Positions 12,561 to 24,779 of a DNA stretch of 51,658 bases are shown here, piece by piece (the stretch's first letter is position 1; each line of letters begins with the position of its first letter). The translations under genes were made by a program, and so were the position numbers. The stretch comes from Octopus bimaculoides (taxonomy: Eukaryota): NCBI RefSeq assembly GCF_001194135.2, contig NC_068985.1, forward strand, positions 39,585,755-39,637,412, read 5' to 3'. The notes under the pieces were generated by a model. That model worked only from the letters and a program-made list of their open reading frames with translations. It did not search any database and was not told the DNA's origin.

Positions 12561-12880
12561 ACTCTCTCTTTCTTTCTCTCCTTTATAATATTCTATATTC
12601 AGCCCTTTTTACCGTATCCATATTACAACGTTCTCTTGCACTTCCTTCTTCACCTTAGCATTACCACACTTTTTCTTTCTCTTTCACTCTCTTCCTTCTT
12701 CTTTCTCTTTACCTCCATCTCCCTCTTCCTCTATTCCTCTCCCTTTCTCTCTACCTCCCTTTCTCTCTTCTCACCTGTTTTTCTCACCCTCCCTCTTTGT
12801 CACTATATAAGAGAAGTTGCACCTTTCATTCTTTTTTCCTCACTTTAACATTGTCCCACTCTCTTTCTCTCTCTCCCTTC
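12478..12880. repeat. (CT)n-rich polypyrimidine low-complexity tract
   Basis: Direct reading. Confidence 0.9.
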
Positions 12881-13099
12881 TCTTTCTCCGTATAAGGGGT
12901 GTGGCGTGTGGGTTTTCCTTCTATGATTTATCTATTCTATTTCAGCCATAATCCTTGATTCTACACACAACTCAGCCTTAATCACTTAGCGCGATATATA
13001 TATGATCGACCTAAATCCTTTTTCCTACCTCCTCCTTGCACCCATACACACACCCGCTTACACACTCACGTACACAAAAACACTCACACGAACATACAC

Positions 13100-13113
13100 T
13101 CGTACGCGCGCAC

Positions 13114-13158
<45 letters not shown>

Positions 13159-13468
13159 TACATACACACCTTTCTCAGTCACACTATCCAAATACGCCCT
13201 CCATTTTTTTTTACCAGCAACTTTTACTACCAAGATCAGCACTCCACACACAGCACCAATACTACTACTACTACTACTACAACTGCTACTGCTGCTGCTC
13301 CTAGTACTACTACTACTACTTCTGCTACTAGTGCTGCTGCTGCCATTACCACTACTGCTACTACTACTACTACTATTACTGCTAGTGCTGCTGCCACTAC
13401 CACTACTACTACTGCTGCTAGTACTACTACTGCTGCTACTGCCACTACTACTACTAATACTACTGCTG

Positions 13469-13526
<58 letters not shown>

Positions 13527-13612
13527 CACTACTACTACCACCACTACTACTACTGCTGCTAGTACTACTACTGCTGCTGCTGCTGCTACTACTACTACTA
13601 CCACTACTACTA

Positions 13613-13673
<61 letters not shown>

Positions 13674-14170
13674 AACCATTCTCTCACCTTTCCCATGCAA
13701 TTGCTACTGCAACTGTTACTGCTACAATTACAGTTACTACAACAATGGCGACGACTACTACTAGTAGTATTACTACTACTACAACGACGACGACAACTAC
13801 TACTACTACTACTGTCACTCCCATTTTCCCCATTTTCCCCATGCAATTACTACTACCACTACCACTACCACACCCGATTACGATGATGCTGATGCTGCTG
13901 GCTCTGCTATTCTCCCACCTTTCCCACGCAAAAGGATTCCCGGACATGATTCCCGGACAGCTTACATTGATCATACTAATAACAACGACTTCATAATCAT
14001 CACAACTTCCACTGCTACAACCATTTACTGGACATCACAACCACCACAACACCCGCTGCTGCTGCTGCTGTCACCACCATCTATACTACCACCAGCACTA
14101 CTCCAACTACTTCACTATTGTAATTTCCACAATTACTACCAACGGCAACTGCAGCATCTCTGCTGCAGCA
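13100..14170. repeat. (CA)n followed by a long cryptic (ACT/GCT/ACC)n trinucleotide region
   Basis: Direct reading; explains the poly-T/L/V ORFs. Confidence 0.9.
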
Positions 14171-14244
14171 ACGCCATTGTCCATCTTCTGAAAGTACTCC
14201 CACTGGTCAACAGAATATTTCCTTCATTACTCTACTCCATTGTT

Positions 14245-14727
14245 CTTTACTCAGTGGTCTTCAACCGAGATCCGTACGGCCCTTAGGGGTCCACACAAAG
14301 CTTGTATTATTAAAATGCATGTGCAATAAACTGGTTATATTTCTATACTATACAAAATATTTTAACAATTCTTTACGCTAGGCACAAGGCCCAAGAATTT
14401 TGGGAGAGGGAACCAGTCGATTAAATCGACCCCAGTACGCAACTGGTATTTAATTTATCGACCGCGAAAGGATGAAAAGGCAAAGTCGACCTCGGCAGGA
14501 TTTGAACTCAGAACGTAAAGACAGGCGAAATTCCTCTAAGCATTTTGCCCGGCGTGCTAACGTTTCTGTCAGCTCGCCGCCTTAACATTTTAACAATTCT
14601 TGATACAATTCCAAATAAGAATACTCAGAGAGCGCAAACCTCCGCCAAGACAACACCAACGTCCTCTCAACGATTAGCCGGAGATGATTTTTAAAATGAG
14701 AATATTTAAAATAAACTCGACTGCTCT
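14245..14727. mobile_element. Probable hAT-like non-autonomous element end, interrupted by SINE A and running into a gap
   Basis: Starts CAGTGGTCTTCAACC, a hAT/Charlie-like terminus; the other terminus is not visible. Confidence 0.4.
14374..14586 (-). mobile_element. Full-length SINE A with 15-bp TSD
   Basis: Head GGCGGCGAGCTGACAGAAACGTTAGC, B-box-like GAGTTCAAATCC, tail GCCTAGCGTAAAGAAT; TSD ATTTTAACAATTCTT at 14359-14373 and 14587-14601. Confidence 0.9.
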
Positions 14728-16214
14728 NNNNNNNNNNNNNNNNNNNNNNNNNNNNNNNNNNNNNNNNNNNNNNNNNNNNNNNNNNNNNNNNNNNNNNNNN
14801 NNNNNNNNNNNNNNNNNNNNNNNNNNNNNNNNNNNNNNNNNNNNNNNNNNNNNNNNNNNNNNNNNNNNNNNNNNNNNNNNNNNNNNNNNNNNNNNNNNNN
14901 NNNNNNNNNNNNNNNNNNNNNNNNNNNNNNNNNNNNNNNNNNNNNNNNNNNNNNNNNNNNNNNNNNNNNNNNNNNNNNNNNNNNNNNNNNNNNNNNNNNN
15001 NNNNNNNNNNNNNNNNNNNNNNNNNNNNNNNNNNNNNNNNNNNNNNNNNNNNNNNNNNNNNNNNNNNNNNNNNNNNNNNNNNNNNNNNNNNNNNNNNNNN
15101 NNNNNNNNNNNNNNNNNNNNNNNNNNNNNNNNNNNNNNNNNNNNNNNNNNNNNNNNNNNNNNNNNNNNNNNNNNNNNNNNNNNNNNNNNNNNNNNNNNNN
15201 NNNNNNNNNNNNNNNNNNNNNNNNNNNNNNNNNNNNNNNNNNNNNNNNNNNNNNNNNNNNNNNNNNNNNNNNNNNNNNNNNNNNNNNNNNNNNNNNNNNN
15301 NNNNNNNNNNNNNNNNNNNNNNNNNNNNNNNNNNNNNNNNNNNNNNNNNNNNNNNNNNNNNNNNNNNNNNNNNNNNNNNNNNNNNNNNNNNNNNNNNNNN
15401 NNNNNNNNNNNNNNNNNNNNNNNNNNNNNNNNNNNNNNNNNNNNNNNNNNNNNNNNNNNNNNNNNNNNNNNNNNNNNNNNNNNNNNNNNNNNNNNNNNNN
15501 NNNNNNNNNNNNNNNNNNNNNNNNNNNNNNNNNNNNNNNNNNNNNNNNNNNNNNNNNNNNNNNNNNNNNNNNNNNNNNNNNNNNNNNNNNNNNNNNNNNN
15601 NNNNNNNNNNNNNNNNNNNNNTATTATTTTGTTTAAAAGAGTTCCAACTCTGTCTGTTTTTTTATGTTTTATTTATATTCTTGTAAAATTAAAGTGGGAT
15701 ATAGAATATGGAATATACAATATATAATATAAAAATGGATGGTACGATGAAATAAAGTATTGAATGTCTTATTGAATATATGGAATATGTCTTATTGAAT
15801 AGATGAAATATTGAGTGTTCAATACAAAGGATTAAATATATAAAGGCGAATACGTATTTTCTATACCTTGTGGTATTTCATCATGGCCGGTATGACACAC
15901 ACACACACACATATACTTATATATACTAACGTACGTTCACGCGTACGTACATACATACATTTCTTTTATGCGTAGCAGAAAAGAAATAAATTCAAAATCT
16001 TTAAAATTTTACTATATGAGGATATTTTCATTTACCCTTCGATGTTCCAGCGTTCGTTATGCGCGTGTACGTGTGCGAGCATGCGTGTGTTGTGTGTCCG
16101 TGTTAGGTATACTTGTGTGTTATCGAGAACAGTTCAGAATTGAAGGAAAAAATTTTTTTCCCATTTTATTGTTACGTCATAATAAAGAAGGAAAGAAAAG
16201 TATATTCTTATATT

Positions 16215-16432
16215 CTTTTTAGTCTTTTACTTGTTTCAGTCATTTGACTGCGGCCAAGCTGGAGCAGTCAAATGACTGTTCCAGCATGGCCGCAGTCGAG
16301 CAAATAAACCCCAGGACTTATTCTTTGTAAGCCTAATATTTATTCCATCGGTTCTAAGTTACGAGTACGTGAACACACCAGCATCAGTTGCCAAGCGATG
16401 TTGGGGGGAGAAACACAGACACACAAATATAT
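16215..16432 (-). mobile_element. SINE B 3' half with an internal fold-back rearrangement
   Basis: Matches 51498-51658 and 48150-48370; tail ACAAGTAAAAGA. Confidence 0.85.
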
Positions 16433-16934
16433 ANNNNNNNNNNNNNNNNNNNNNNNNNNNNNNNNNNNNNNNNNNNNNNNNNNNNNNNNNNNNNNNNNNN
16501 NNNNNNNNNNNNNNNNNNNNNNNNNNNNNNNNNNNNNNNNNNNNNNNNNNNNNNNNNNNNNNNNNNNNNNNNNNNNNNNNNNNNNNNNNNNNNNNNNNNN
16601 NNNNNNNNNNNNNNNNNNNNNNNNNNNNNNNNNNNNNNNNNNNNNNNNNNNNNNNNNNNNNNNNNNNNNNNNNNNNNNNNNNNNNNNNNNNNNNNNNNNN
16701 NNNNNNNNNNNNNNNNNNNNNNNNNNNNNNNNNNNNNNNNNNNNNNNNNNNNNNNNNNNNNNNNNNNNNNNNNNNNNNNNNNNNNNNNNNNNNNNNNNNN
16801 NNNNNNNNNNNNNNNNNNNNNNNNNNNNNNNNNNNNNNNNNNNNNNNNNNNNNNNNNNNNNNNNNNNNNNNNNNNNNNNNNNNNNNNNNNNNNNNNNNNN
16901 NNNNNNNNNNNNNNNNNNNNNNNNNNNNNNNNNN

Positions 16935-16976
<42 letters not shown>

Positions 16977-17004
16977 TGTGTGTCTGTGTGTCTGTGTGTC
17001 TGTG

Positions 17005-17190
17005 TATGCTTAGTGGCATTTGTCTTTCTTTACGTTCAGAGTTCAAATTCCGCCGAGGTTGACTTTGCCTTTCATCCCCTTCGGCGTCGATAAAATAAGT
17101 ACCAGTTGAACACTGGTGTCGATGTAATTGACTTGACACCACCACCACTGAAATCACTGGCCTTGTGCCAAAATTTGAAATTAATATTTA
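17005..17190 (+). mobile_element. SINE A, 5'-truncated
   Basis: GAGTTCAAATTCCGCCGAGGTTGACTTTGCCTTTCATCC..GATAAAATAAGTACCAG..GGCCTTGTGCC. Confidence 0.85.
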
Positions 17191-17394
17191 ATTTAAACTC
17201 CACCGTTTACATTCTGTAATTATGATTCAGTGTTTTGTATTGTTGCAATATGCGGCCTCCTGACACGAACACGGCTCCAACAACCAAATCAGCAGCTGGG
17301 AAACTGCAGGCCAGCTCAGCAAGCCAACTTGCTTAGAGAGGAAGAATTAGTCGTACCCGGCTGGATGTCTTGTTTAACGTGGTTCTTCATTGCA

Positions 17395-17580
17395 TGGCGT
17401 CACGTCGACTCGTCACATGACCATCTTTACACCGACTCTCTTCGTTGCCGACTTCACACTGAACGCTTGTTTACGTTACCAACTGATATCACACGTTCCC
17501 TCACCAGTTCAAATCGTCCACCTCACAGCAAAGGCGCATAAAAAAAAGTGCAGCGTGCTTCAATCAGTCACGTGGTCAAT
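17395..17580 (+). promoter_or_regulatory. Candidate core promoter: E-boxes, CATAAAA at -29 and Inr TCAGTC
   Basis: GTCACATGAC 17412-17421, CATAAAA 17537, TCAGTC 17564-17569, GTCACGTGG 17567, within a CpG-richer unique stretch. Confidence 0.3.
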
Positions 17581-18104
17581 AACGTTATTTCGGTTTCGTA
17601 ACAGTATTCTAGAGAGTTTAGTATATTTGCTATACTATGGGGATGGTAGACCGAACCCATCGCCCAATTTAGCATCAGTGCCTGGTCATTCAAGTGCCTT
17701 TAGAGGAGTTCACGGACCTTTTCTGTTTGGCTGCCAATCTTTAATCTCTTCAATTTCTGTTCGAATTAATTTCATATTCGATGTAATGATATGGTTATAT
17801 ATGCTAGTCACTGCTTTGAAATTCATTTTGGCAATAAATCAATAAATAAGGAGTTATGAGCTTTTAAGTTTGCAAATTTTTGGTAATTTTAACCAATCGT
17901 AAGCGGCTAACACATTCATGCCTGTTTCCAAAGTAACAAGCCAAGTATGAGATCTCTTTTGTCCGTGGAAAAGCCCCTAACTCTTCGCTTCGTTCTAAGA
18001 ATAACTTTGATAACGATGGCCACAAATAAGGACCGTATCATATATTAAGTTGATAAGAGCAGATACTACACTTTCATCTTAGCCAAATAGCCGAGAATTA
18101 ATAC

Positions 18105-18308
18105 ATTTTCTTTTCTGCTCTAGTTACAAGGCCCGAAATTTTCGAGGAGGGGGTCCAGTCGATTAAAACGACCTCAGTACACAACTGGTACTTAATTTAT
18201 CGACCCTGAAAGGATGAAAGGCAAAGTCGACCTCCGTGGAATTTGAACTCAGAACATAAAGACTGACGAATTATCCGCTAAGCATTTCACCCGGCGCGCT
18301 AACATTTC
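18105..18308 (-). mobile_element. SINE A
   Basis: Near full-length match to 42646-42873. Confidence 0.85.
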
Positions 18309-18427
18309 TCTTTTCGTTTATCATTCGTTTTTTTTTAATTGCATGTTTTTAATTGTTTGTTCGTTGAATTGACTATACATATATATAGATAGATAGATAT
18401 ATTAAAATTATAATTTAGGGTATCTAA

Positions 18428-18931
18428 GAGATACCCCCACGCTGGAAATAGCAGTCAAAACTTGACTCTAAAACCACATTATATGTTCATATAGCACCAG
18501 GAGAGAAGACGAAGAAAAAAAAATAAACGAGCAAAAATTACTGGATAATTCCAGACCCCGGACTTCTGGCTCTGCATAAGAAATGCTTTGCCTCATCAGT
18601 GGAATATACTCAGAAAAGCACATAAATACAAATATATTTACATACAACATACAATATACTTACATATACGAACGTATACGAACGTATACATACATATATA
18701 TATGTGCACGAATGCACACGACCAGTTTAAATTGCCCGCCTAAAAACACCTCGTGCGATATGGTCAGAAATATCACGGCAGTGAATATAATGACGAAATA
18801 AATATATAAATTTATATAAATAAGGATAAGATCGATATTTGAATACCGATTTTATCAAGTAGTGCTATATGAACATTTATTGTGATTTTAGAGTCAAGTT
18901 TTGACTGCTATTTCCAGCGTGGTGGTATCTC
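18428..18931. mobile_element. MITE with about 70-bp TIRs
   Basis: GAGATACC-CCACGCTGGAAATAGCAGTCAAAACTTGACTCTAAA..ATGTTCATATAGCAC at the left end and its reverse complement at about 18862-18931; flanks TAA/TAG. Confidence 0.8.
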
Positions 18932-18952
18932 TAGTTTTTTCACTCTATTTTG

Positions 18953-19027
<75 letters not shown>

Positions 19028-19033
19028 TAGTTT

Positions 19034-19135
19034 TAGTCGACCCGAGGTTATAGAAGACACTTGTCCAAAGTACCACGCCGTGGGAAGTGAACCCAGAGCC
19101 ATGTGGTTATGAAGCAACTTCCTTACCACCACCAC
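19034..19135 (-). mobile_element. SINE B head fragment
   Basis: Reverse complement GGTAAGGAAGTTGCTTC..CACATGG..GGGTTCACTTCCCAC..GTGGTACTTTGGACAAGTGTCTTCTA. Confidence 0.75.
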
Positions 19136-19674
19136 CACCCAAACACCCACGCCCGCGCACACACACACACACACATACACACACACATATACACATAGAT
19201 ATATAGTGAGGGAGAGGACGAGTCATATAGGTACATAAATTCGTTCCGTGTATTATATATCTATGTAAATTACGATCAAACGTGTCAGAAAAGAATTTTG
19301 TTAGTGTCTTCAGAATGTTGCAGCTATGGCTGTAACGTTAAGACTATTACATGCAGGTTTCCCGATCTAAGGTCAGAGTATTAGCCATCGCCCATCATGA
19401 CTTACACATGGCGAACACTCTTATAACTAACCTCACCCTATCCCCCAACATATACCTTCTCTCTGTCTCTCTTTCTTTTTCTCTCTGTCTCCCTCTCTCT
19501 CTCTCTCTCTTCCTCGTTCTGCAATATGTTGGTGTGCAGGACGCGTATGACACATAATGTTCTATTCTTTGGCTATTGGTCCTATCATAACTTGACCTCC
19601 ATTGACCAGAAGACTGACCGAAAACTGCAATGTGGCTGATTGTGGATGCACATAGACACATACACACACGCCCG

Positions 19675-19706
<32 letters not shown>

Positions 19707-20194
19707 CTCACACACACACATACGCACACACAAATCTCAAGCCTCTGGTTTTCGCTTTCTCTCTCGGTGTTTGTTTCTCACTTAGACATACATATATTCA
19801 CATGCACAAACATACATACATACATACATACATACGTACGTACATACATGCATGCAAACATACATACATGCAAACATACATACATACAAACAAACATACA
19901 TGCATAAAGACATAACTTTTATCTAACTCTATCTACACACACACATACGCGCGCGCGCGCATACACACGTACGCACACTCCCGCTTTCGTTTTCTTATTC
20001 GCTTTCTTTTTTGGATTTATATACGTACACACATAGACAAACACACACACATGCACAAACATACACATACACACACACACACAAGCTTCCAAACTGCATA
20101 CACTCTGCCTATCACTTTCTCTATCTATCTATCTCTTAGATATACAGATATATATACATATGCACACACATACATATCTACCTGGGTCTCACCT

Positions 20195-20237
<43 letters not shown>

Positions 20238-20504
20238 NNNNNNNNNNNNNNNNNNNNNNNNNNNNNNNNNNNNNNNNNNNNNNNNNNNNNNNNNNNNNNN
20301 NNNNNNNNNNNNNNNNNNNNNNNNNNNNNNNNNNNNNNNNNNNNNNNNNNNNNNNNNNNNNNNNNNNNNNNNNNNNNNNNNNNNNNNNNNNNNNNNNNNN
20401 NNNNNNNNNNNNNNNNNNNNNNNNNNNNNNNNNNNNNNNNNNNNNNNNNNNNNNNNNNNNNNNNNNNNNNNNNNNNNNNNNNNNNNNNNNNNNNNNNNNN
20501 NNNN

Positions 20505-20563
<59 letters not shown>

Positions 20564-20748
20564 CGAATAAATAGTTGACACTTTTACAATTTAATACAAC
20601 TTTAGTAGTATTGTGACTCTCGGTTCAGTTATTGCTGTTCCTAAGCCAAGATAATCGCTGATTGAGCAGATTTCAGATTGAAGATAGTCTGACCGTGACC
20701 ATTCCGCCATTTCTCTCAGCTACTCAGGACCACATTCTTTTATGTTTT

Positions 20749-20930
20749 TAGGCGCAGGTATGGTTGTGTGTTTTAAGAAGCTCTCTTTGTGGCCACGTGA
20801 TATGGGGTTCAATCCCACTGCCTGGCACCTTGGTCAAGTATCTTTATCTACAGCCATGGGCTGACTAATCCGTGCGAAGTGAATTTAGTTAACAGAAACT
20901 GTGTAGAGACTCGTCGTATGGATGTATGTA
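20749..20930 (+). mobile_element. SINE B head
   Basis: GGCGCAGGTATGGTTGTGTG..GGGTTCAATCCCACTG..GGCACCTTGGTCAAGT. Confidence 0.8.
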
Positions 20931-21027
20931 TGTATGTGGCCACGTGACTGACTAAGCTAATAGATATTGTTACACATCGCTGGCCACAATGCGCTTTTGC
21001 TTTGTTTTTATCATCAAATGGCGCCAC

Positions 21028-21200
21028 CCTGCTGGCTAAGCGAGCAGGCCAACAATCCCCTCTGATCGAAAGTGGGGTTGGAGCAACATGAAATGAAGTG
21101 GTTTGGTCAAGAACACAACGCGCTGCCCAGTCAGGGAATCGAACCCATGATCTAGCGATCGTGAGTGCAACAGCCTAACTACTAGGCCACACGCCTTCAC
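21028..21200 (-). mobile_element. SINE C (tRNA head plus CORE-like domain)
   Basis: Reverse complement GGCGTGTGGCCTAGTAGTTAGG..GGGTTCGATTCCCTG..GTTGTGTTCTTGACCAAACCACTTCATTTCATGTTGCTCC. Confidence 0.8.
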
Positions 21201-21262
21201 ATGAATGTACATATGCATAAGTATTTGTGTGTGTGTGTGTGATATTATATATGGACTTAGTA

Positions 21263-22048
21263 CAGGGGTCGGGGAACATCTTCTAACCAATTACCCCGAA
21301 ATATATTCATTTATGCAGGCATTACCCCCTTGATTTGAAAGGAAAAAAATCATAGATTCTTTGAATTCAAAAGGTTTATTGAATCTATTTATATGGAGAA
21401 TACAATTATAAATATTGGGTTGTCCGAAAAGTTCGTGCCGATTTATAGTAGCTTACCTTTCGACTTATTTGCCACGAAACGACCTCAATTCTGGGAAGAG
21501 GATATTTTCAAGTTAAAGGAAAGATGAAGACGAATTGTGCAACAAAAGGGTTCATATTTGGTTGATTAAAAATGTAATGGCAAGTATTTATTGATCTTTT
21601 TCTTTCCTTTAAAAATCGGCACGAACTTTCCGGACAACCCAATATAACAAGTATAAAATGTGATAAGATAAATTAATATCCTCATTATGAAACAAAAGGA
21701 ATTTTCTGGAAACTTTTTAATTTCAGGTTTTGGAGAAATGATGCTCTCTCAGTTTTATTACAATTACATCAAAATTGGAACATTTTGATGCCAGAGCAAT
21801 TTCGATACAGTCATTGGAGTCCAATCGATTTCTCTGCTTTGCTTTTATGTTCATTAGAGTGGGAAATCCTTGTTTTCAAAGGCAGGTTATTTCAAAAAGC
21901 AGCAAGAACAGTTTCTGTCACAAGAAAAATTTCTTTCGTAATAAGGAACACGTTTTTATACAATTTTACATACTTCTAAGTCCTCATAATCCCCAAGAAT
22001 TTCATTTTTACCCCACTTGGAGTAATTTACCCGGTTCGCCGACAACTG
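21263..22048 (+). mobile_element. Non-autonomous hAT element with a C-terminal dimerisation-domain relic, containing a nested mariner
   Basis: Imperfect TIRs CAGGGGTCGGGGAAC..AATTACCCC vs (rc) CAGTTGTCGGCGAAC..AATTACTCC; decayed 8-bp TSD ACTTAGTA/GCCTAGTG; peptide KSLFSKAG with LFSKAG at 21870-21887. Confidence 0.6.
21415..21642 (+). mobile_element. Internally deleted mariner (MITE-sized)
   Basis: 30-bp TIRs TTGGGTTGTCCG(A/G)AAAGTTCGTGCCGATTT with 1 mismatch; TA on both sides; transposase C-terminus FWEEDIFKLKER*RRIVQQKGSYLVD* at 21489-21568. Confidence 0.92.
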
Positions 22049-22137
22049 GCCTAGTGGTTAGGGTGTTGCACTCACGAGCGTGAGATCGTGGTTTCAATTC
22101 TTGGACCAGGTGGTGTTTTGATTTCTTGAGCAAAAAC
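22049..22137 (+). mobile_element. SINE C head fragment
   Basis: GCCTAGTGGTTAGGGTGTTGCACTCACGA..GGTTTCAATTCTTGGACC..CTTGAGCAAAA. Confidence 0.8.
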
Positions 22138-22318
22138 ATATATACATTACTGAAAATTGCTTAGATACAAAGTGCGTTATACAAATGTGCTTAATCTCAG
22201 TGTCTATGGCAAAAAACCATTAGTAGCTCTCTTATCTTGCTGCGTCTTGGAAGAGTCATTACACAACTCGAGACAATTCATAGACTGGCCTTTCAATTCG
22301 CCACTGATTCATATACGT

Positions 22319-22627
22319 TAGTGCTTCTCAAATTATCTGATGTGGCGTACCGGCATTTTTTTTCCAATGTGCCAGGGACCGGTAATATTTCTTATTAATA
22401 TTAATTTATATCAGAAACAATATATATAATGAATATAATAAAAGTTGACAATGTTTTTATCTTATATTTATTTTGTAAACAAATGATACAATATTACACA
22501 AGCATTTTATAAGCATTTTATGAGCATTTTATAACGTTTCTTTCTTTTCAGGAAACTCGCCGCGTACCGGCAGCTGATGGCTCACGGACCGGCACCAGTC
22601 CGCGGACCACCACTTTGAGTAGAACTG
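22319..22627. mobile_element. hAT/Charlie-like MITE
   Basis: Termini (T)AGTGCTTCTCAAA and TTTGAGTAGAACTG; subterminal GTACCGGC/GGACCGG repeats; 8-bp flanks ATATACGT/ATGTACAT (6/8). Confidence 0.75.
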
Positions 22628-22657
22628 ATGTACATCTTGTTGATAAGCCATAAAAAT

Positions 22658-23102
22658 GACGAAATATTGATATCCATCGCTCCTGAATTCGATTTGAGTC
22701 GAGTTTTAACACCTGCGCTTTGAGGTGGTGTTGCGCTACACCGCAACCTACCGACGAACAAGCAAGGATCAGACATTGAGTATGCGTGGTCGATAATGTT
22801 TAACACACTAGCGCTCCTTCTAATTCGTATTTGAATATGTTCTTATACATACCAGTAAATGTTTTTTACACAATTTGTACACAATTCAATTTGCCTCCGT
22901 ATCAATTCAGGTATGGGATGTTTATACGTAACAAAAATGGCGAAATATCGATATCCATCGCTCTTGAATGGGATTTTGGGTGAGCCGTTCCACCTGGTTA
23001 TGACTTTCGGATGTCTTAACATCTGGCACTTTGAGGGAGTCTTACCTGCAGCCTACCAGCGAACAAACAGACCACATACACTGAGTATGTATGGTCGATA
23101 AT
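22658..23102 (+). repeat. Two diverged direct repeats of about 140-165 bp
   Basis: 22658-22796 and 22939-23102 share CGAAATAT-GATATCCATCGCTC-TGAAT..CTTTGAGG..CCTACC..CGAACAA..TGAGTATG..TGGTCGATAAT. Confidence 0.75.
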
Positions 23103-23896
23103 TATGTATGTATGTATGTATGTATGTATGTATGTATGTATGTATGCATGTATTCATGCAACCACACACACATACACACACACGCACACACATAATTATA
23201 ATTGTGTGTTTTAATTTTGAATTGTATAATATCTAACCCGTATCTAGAACTACACCGAAATTACTCACTGAATATTGATGCGTTTGTTTATTCAGTCGAA
23301 ACGATGACTCGTAGCTACTCCGAGTTTAGCGTATGCACGAATTCGTTCATGCAATAAAATATTCATGCATATGTATATAACAAACTTCATTTATAGATAA
23401 AGAATATTCTCGTCTGGTTTCTCCTCACCCCGAGCAGATATTCTCGAAAAATCTATACTACAAAGTTTTGTTTGCACAAGAAGTTTTATAAGTCTGAAAA
23501 TGTCAAAGCCCTTTCCAAACCAGACTAACTTTACATGTTAGTTACGATCGAGAAATTCAATATAAATAGACAAGCGAACAGATGAGCGAACGACCTGTGT
23601 GAACATCCATAAAAATAGTTTGCTGACCGCAAGAAGCCAGTAAGACTGGTTGTTAAAATTTAACTAGCAAAAAAACAGCAATAAATATATATTCAGGAAT
23701 GTCGGGGTCAGCTCTTTAAATAAATGTCACATCAAAATGACGGCAAGCCCTTAAGGTCCTGAAATTAAAACTTCTGATATTTTAGCAAAATCATCATATA
23801 CGTACGTGCATAGATGCATACATACAGATATATTTTTTAACATTCATGCACATATATATATACATATATACATATCACATGTGTCTGTCTGTATAT

Positions 23897-23956
<60 letters not shown>

Positions 23957-24309
23957 GTATATATATTGTGTATAAATATGTTGTGTATTATATATTTGTA
24001 ACTCTTCCGTTCCATTGTATTCTATTCATATATACATCGTCATGGCCCAAATTAATTTTTGAAGTGCTTATTGAGCAGTCTCGATGGAAAATATGGTTTA
24101 GACAAATTTATACGCCTACAGTGGAGTGTGCATGTGTATCTGTTATATATATATAAGTGTGCCTGCATGTGTATGTGTATGTGTACGTGTGTGGGGGAGG
24201 TGCGCGCGTGTAGGTATGGAGGAAAAGGGGAAGAGGAGGAGGAGAAGGATACGTTTTAGAAGGCAGTGATAGAGACAGAAAACCGAAAATAAATCGATAC
24301 TATACACCA

Positions 24310-24712
24310 TAGATAGATAGAGAGAGATGGAGAGACAGAGAGAGAGACAGAGACAGACAGACAGACACACAGACAGACACACAGACACACAGACAGACAC
24401 GCAGACACACAGACAGACATACAGACACACAGACAGACACACAGACAGACACACAGACAGACACACAGACAGACACACAGACAGACGGACGGATGGATGG
24501 ATGGATGAATAGATAGACTGATAGATAAAAAGAAAGAAAAAGGAAACAAAGGAAAATTGAAAGAAAGATGGTAGAAATAAATGATAGCTTAAACAAATTA
24601 GGAGATGGTAATAGGAAGGACTGGGTTAAGAAAAAGAAAGAGACAGGCGTATGAAGAAACAAATAAACCGAAAATAAAAATTGTTAAAGATCGTAGATTC
24701 AGTACATGGAAG

Positions 24713-24777
<65 letters not shown>
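24310..24777. repeat. (GACA)n/(CAGACAGACACA)n/(GGAT)n/(GATA)n repeats
   Basis: Direct reading. Confidence 0.9.

Positions 24778-24779
<2 letters not shown>

Noticed and set aside
13036-13996. Mucin-like Thr/Ala-rich ORF
   Set aside because: Pure (ACT/GCT)n slippage repeat, open in several frames on both strands, with no splice or domain support.
19593-19608. DR4-like nuclear receptor element TGACCT-N4-TGACCA
   Set aside because: A single short motif, expected by chance in 50 kb.
21727-21979. Acceptor TTTCAG plus open frame FWRNDALSVLLQ.. as a host exon
   Set aside because: It lies inside the hAT element and overlaps the LFSKAG transposase relic.
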